Shown in pieces: positions 61,922 to 64,000 of a DNA stretch of 64,000 nt. The DNA comes from an uncultured delta proteobacterium (lineage in GTDB: Bacteria; Desulfobacterota; Desulfomonilia; Desulfomonilales; Desulfomonilaceae). Made by a program: the position numbers and the translations under genes. The first letter of the stretch is position 1; each line of letters begins with the position of its first letter. The stretch is from NCBI GenBank assembly GCA_963789265.1, contig CAWBKB010000001.1, forward strand, positions 640,001-704,000, in the 5' to 3' direction. The notes beneath the pieces are model-generated. The model was not told where the DNA came from. It did no database searches and saw nothing but the letters and a program-made list of their open reading frames with translations.

Positions 61922-62772
61922 TGAGAGAAGTCTTTCTGCCACGTACTCTCGAAGAACTCTGGGAGATTTTGGAAAAGAAACCCGGTGCCGCAATTTATGC
62001 CGGAGGGACCGACCTCTTTGTAAAAATGCGATCAACCGGTCTCTCGCCGTCGTGCTTTGTCTGCCTCGAACGAATTGAGGTCCTGCAAGGCGTGAGAGAA
62101 GAAGGGGATACAGTGTTCATAGGGCCGGCCACCACGCACAGTCGGCTTCTCGATAACCAACTGATTCGAGACCAGTTTCCCGTGCTGGCCAGATCCATAA
62201 GCGTCTTGGCGTCTCCACCCATTCGCCACATGGGCACAATCGGGGGCAACATTGTGACGGCTTCTCCTGCCGGTGACACGCTGCCCGCTCTCTATGTGCT
62301 GGGTGCGGAAGTTGAAATCGGCTCGCGCAGCCGGACGCGACGGCTCTCAATTGAGAGTTTCATTCATGGTCCGGGAATTGTGGATTTGCAGCCGGGGGAG
62401 GTTTTGACCGGCTTGTGTCTTAGGAAAGCTCCGCATTGGAACATTCACCATTACGAGAAGGTAGGAAAACGGAAGGCCCAGGCTTGTGCGATAGCCAGCA
62501 TGGCCGCGGTTCTTCAAGTCTCCAAGGAAGGCATAATAGAACAAGCCCGGATGGCGTGGGGGAGTGTGGGGCCCACTGTAGCAAGATCCGCAGAAGTTGA
62601 GCGATCCATAACGGGCAGAAATCTCGATCTAAAGACATTGAAGCCCGCTGTGAATCTGGTCGAGGAAGCCGTCCAGCCCATTGACGACATCCGGGCTAGC
62701 GGGGAGTATCGACGAACCGTAGCCGGTGCACTCCTCCTGCGCTTGGCCGAATATGCCGGCCGTTGCTTTTAA
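61918..62772 (+). CDS. Molybdenum hydroxylase FAD-binding subunit
   Basis: AGGTDL, TIGGNIVTASPAGD and PIDDIRASGEYRR. Confidence 0.95.
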   Translation: MMREVFLPRTLEELWEILEKKPGAAIYAGGTDLFVKMRSTGLSPSCFVCLERIEVLQGVREEGDTVFIGPATTHSRLLDNQLIRDQFPVLARSISVLASPPIRHMGTIGGNIVTASPAGDTLPALYVLGAEVEIGSRSRTRRLSIESFIHGPGIVDLQPGEVLTGLCLRKAPHWNIHHYEKVGKRKAQACAIASMAAVLQVSKEGIIEQARMAWGSVGPTVARSAEVERSITGRNLDLKTLKPAVNLVEEAVQPIDDIRASGEYRRTVAGALLLRLAEYAGRCF

Positions 62773-62802
62773 ATAGGGCCATTTGTCACCCTGGACTCCG
62801 AA

Positions 62803-62979
62803 CCAATGCTGTTGACTTAAGCCGCATGCCTCTTGTCCAGGAGCTTTTCCTTCGACGAGGCCTTGACCTCGTCATTCCGGCGGAGGCCGGAATCCAGGTT
62901 TTCCTAATCTCCCCTGGACCCCGGCCTTCGCCGGGGTGACGGTGGGGTAGATGGAGGTCCCTTGAGTCAACAGCATTGG
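62803..62979. mobile_element. MITE-like shell enclosing the same REP-like doublet as 8273-8344, inverted
   Basis: CCAATGCTGTTGACTTAAG / CTTGAGTCAACAGCATTGG form an 18/19 inverted repeat; the doublet lies at 62870-62942. Confidence 0.75.
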
Positions 62980-63127
62980 GACCTCGATCCGGGATCCAGT
63001 CTGTCCCGCGAGAAGCGAGGCCGCGTACGCGGGCATGACGACTTGGCAATCCCACCCGGGCGGGACTGTCCCACCAGGAACACGGCATCACTTGCCTGGA
63101 AGCGAATCGGTATGAGGTCATAACCAC

Positions 63128-64000
63128 GTGCAGCCGACCCCGAATCCGCAAAGACTGATTACTAGAGACTTTCTCGCACTCAATGCTATAGTTTTCCTGA
63201 CTTATTGCAACGTCGCGGTCTTCTTCGAGTTTCATCACTATCTCGGGACCCTGCCAATAAACGAGGAGTGGTTCGGCCTGTTAATCGCTCTCTTTTCCGT
63301 CACGGTCCTCGCGATCCGTCCGATTATCAGCCCTTTCCTTCACCCTGATAATGCGAAACGATGGATCGCGATCAGTTGTGTCTGGGTAATCGTATCTCTG
63401 CTTCTGTACAACGTGGCACATGACTTTTTGTCGATGACAATAGTCAGATTGCTTCACGGCGCGGCTTATGTGGTGATGGCCACTGCCGTGGTGAGCAAGT
63501 TGGTAGGCGGCATACCGCGGGACAAGAGCGCTCAAGCTTTCGGTTTGATATCCGTGATTACTCTTTTGCCTTATGCGGTTGTTCCGCCTATTCTGGAGCC
63601 TCTGACCCGTTGGGCCGGCGGATTTGAGAATGTGCTGAATCTATCCTGCGTGGTGATGGCACTGTCATTTCCGTTGCTCTCAATGATCGAGACCGGACCC
63701 GCGGAAGTCGGCGGACCGTCTCATGAAGTGATCGGCTGGCATGATGCGACAGAGAATCTCAAGGACCCTCGTATCCTCTCATTAATGCTGCTCTCGCTAG
63801 TGGTGTGGACTTGGTACACACCGGTGTTTTATTTCATAAAGGGACAGGGAGACCAAATTGGCGTGCCGAATCCGGGCTGGTTTTTCACGCTTTCGACTTT
63901 CGCAGAGATTGCAGTCAGGCTCCTGGCAGGGGCGTTGTTCGACAAGCTCAACAAATCAAAGGTACTTCTCGGCTCTCTGCTGTGGCTGGGGTTTAGCAAT
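63128..64000 (+). CDS. MFS transporter (truncated by the window end)
   Basis: Open frame from the GTG at 63128: QRLITRDFLALNAIVFLTYCNVAVFF...LAIRPIISPF...RLLHGAA...IPRDKSAQAFG; many TM segments and no stop before 64000. Confidence 0.85.
   Translation, partial: MQPTPNPQRLITRDFLALNAIVFLTYCNVAVFFEFHHYLGTLPINEEWFGLLIALFSVTVLAIRPIISPFLHPDNAKRWIAISCVWVIVSLLLYNVAHDFLSMTIVRLLHGAAYVVMATAVVSKLVGGIPRDKSAQAFGLISVITLLPYAVVPPILEPLTRWAGGFENVLNLSCVVMALSFPLLSMIETGPAEVGGPSHEVIGWHDATENLKDPRILSLMLLSLVVWTWYTPVFYFIKGQGDQIGVPNPGWFFTLSTFAEIAVRLLAGALFDKLNKSKVLLGSLLWLGFSN

Overview
A 64 kb chromosomal window from an anaerobic deltaproteobacterium-like genome. The PilZ-domain family at 24857-25387 and an ankyrin remnant resemble Desulfomonilia, but this placement is inference only. 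Core genes are an rpsA-like S1 protein, tsaD, hpt, metY, pyk and a K+ channel. These are mixed with accessory genes: an ABC-2 exporter, a PspA/IM30 + AAA-ATPase pair, three toxin-antitoxin modules that all have broken toxins, a two-component pair, two class III nucleotide cyclases, a TetR/ADC/acyl-CoA dehydrogenase/SDR catabolic cluster, an IS1182 element, a PHP-GT4 fusion, a ~2,700-aa single-chain type I PKS/FAS with an N-terminal FabK/NMO-type reductase, and an aminotransferase + molybdenum hydroxylase operon followed by an MFS transporter that runs off the window. Nine single-base frameshifts in eight otherwise intact genes look like sequencing or assembly indels. The intergenic DNA carries many nested repeats: IS-end 'shells' enclosing REP-like palindromes (one shell type matches the resident IS1182), a three-level nested insertion, and a ~118-bp mini-element that looks derived from a Y1/RAYT-type transposase. 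I recognised no rRNA, tRNA or CRISPR array.
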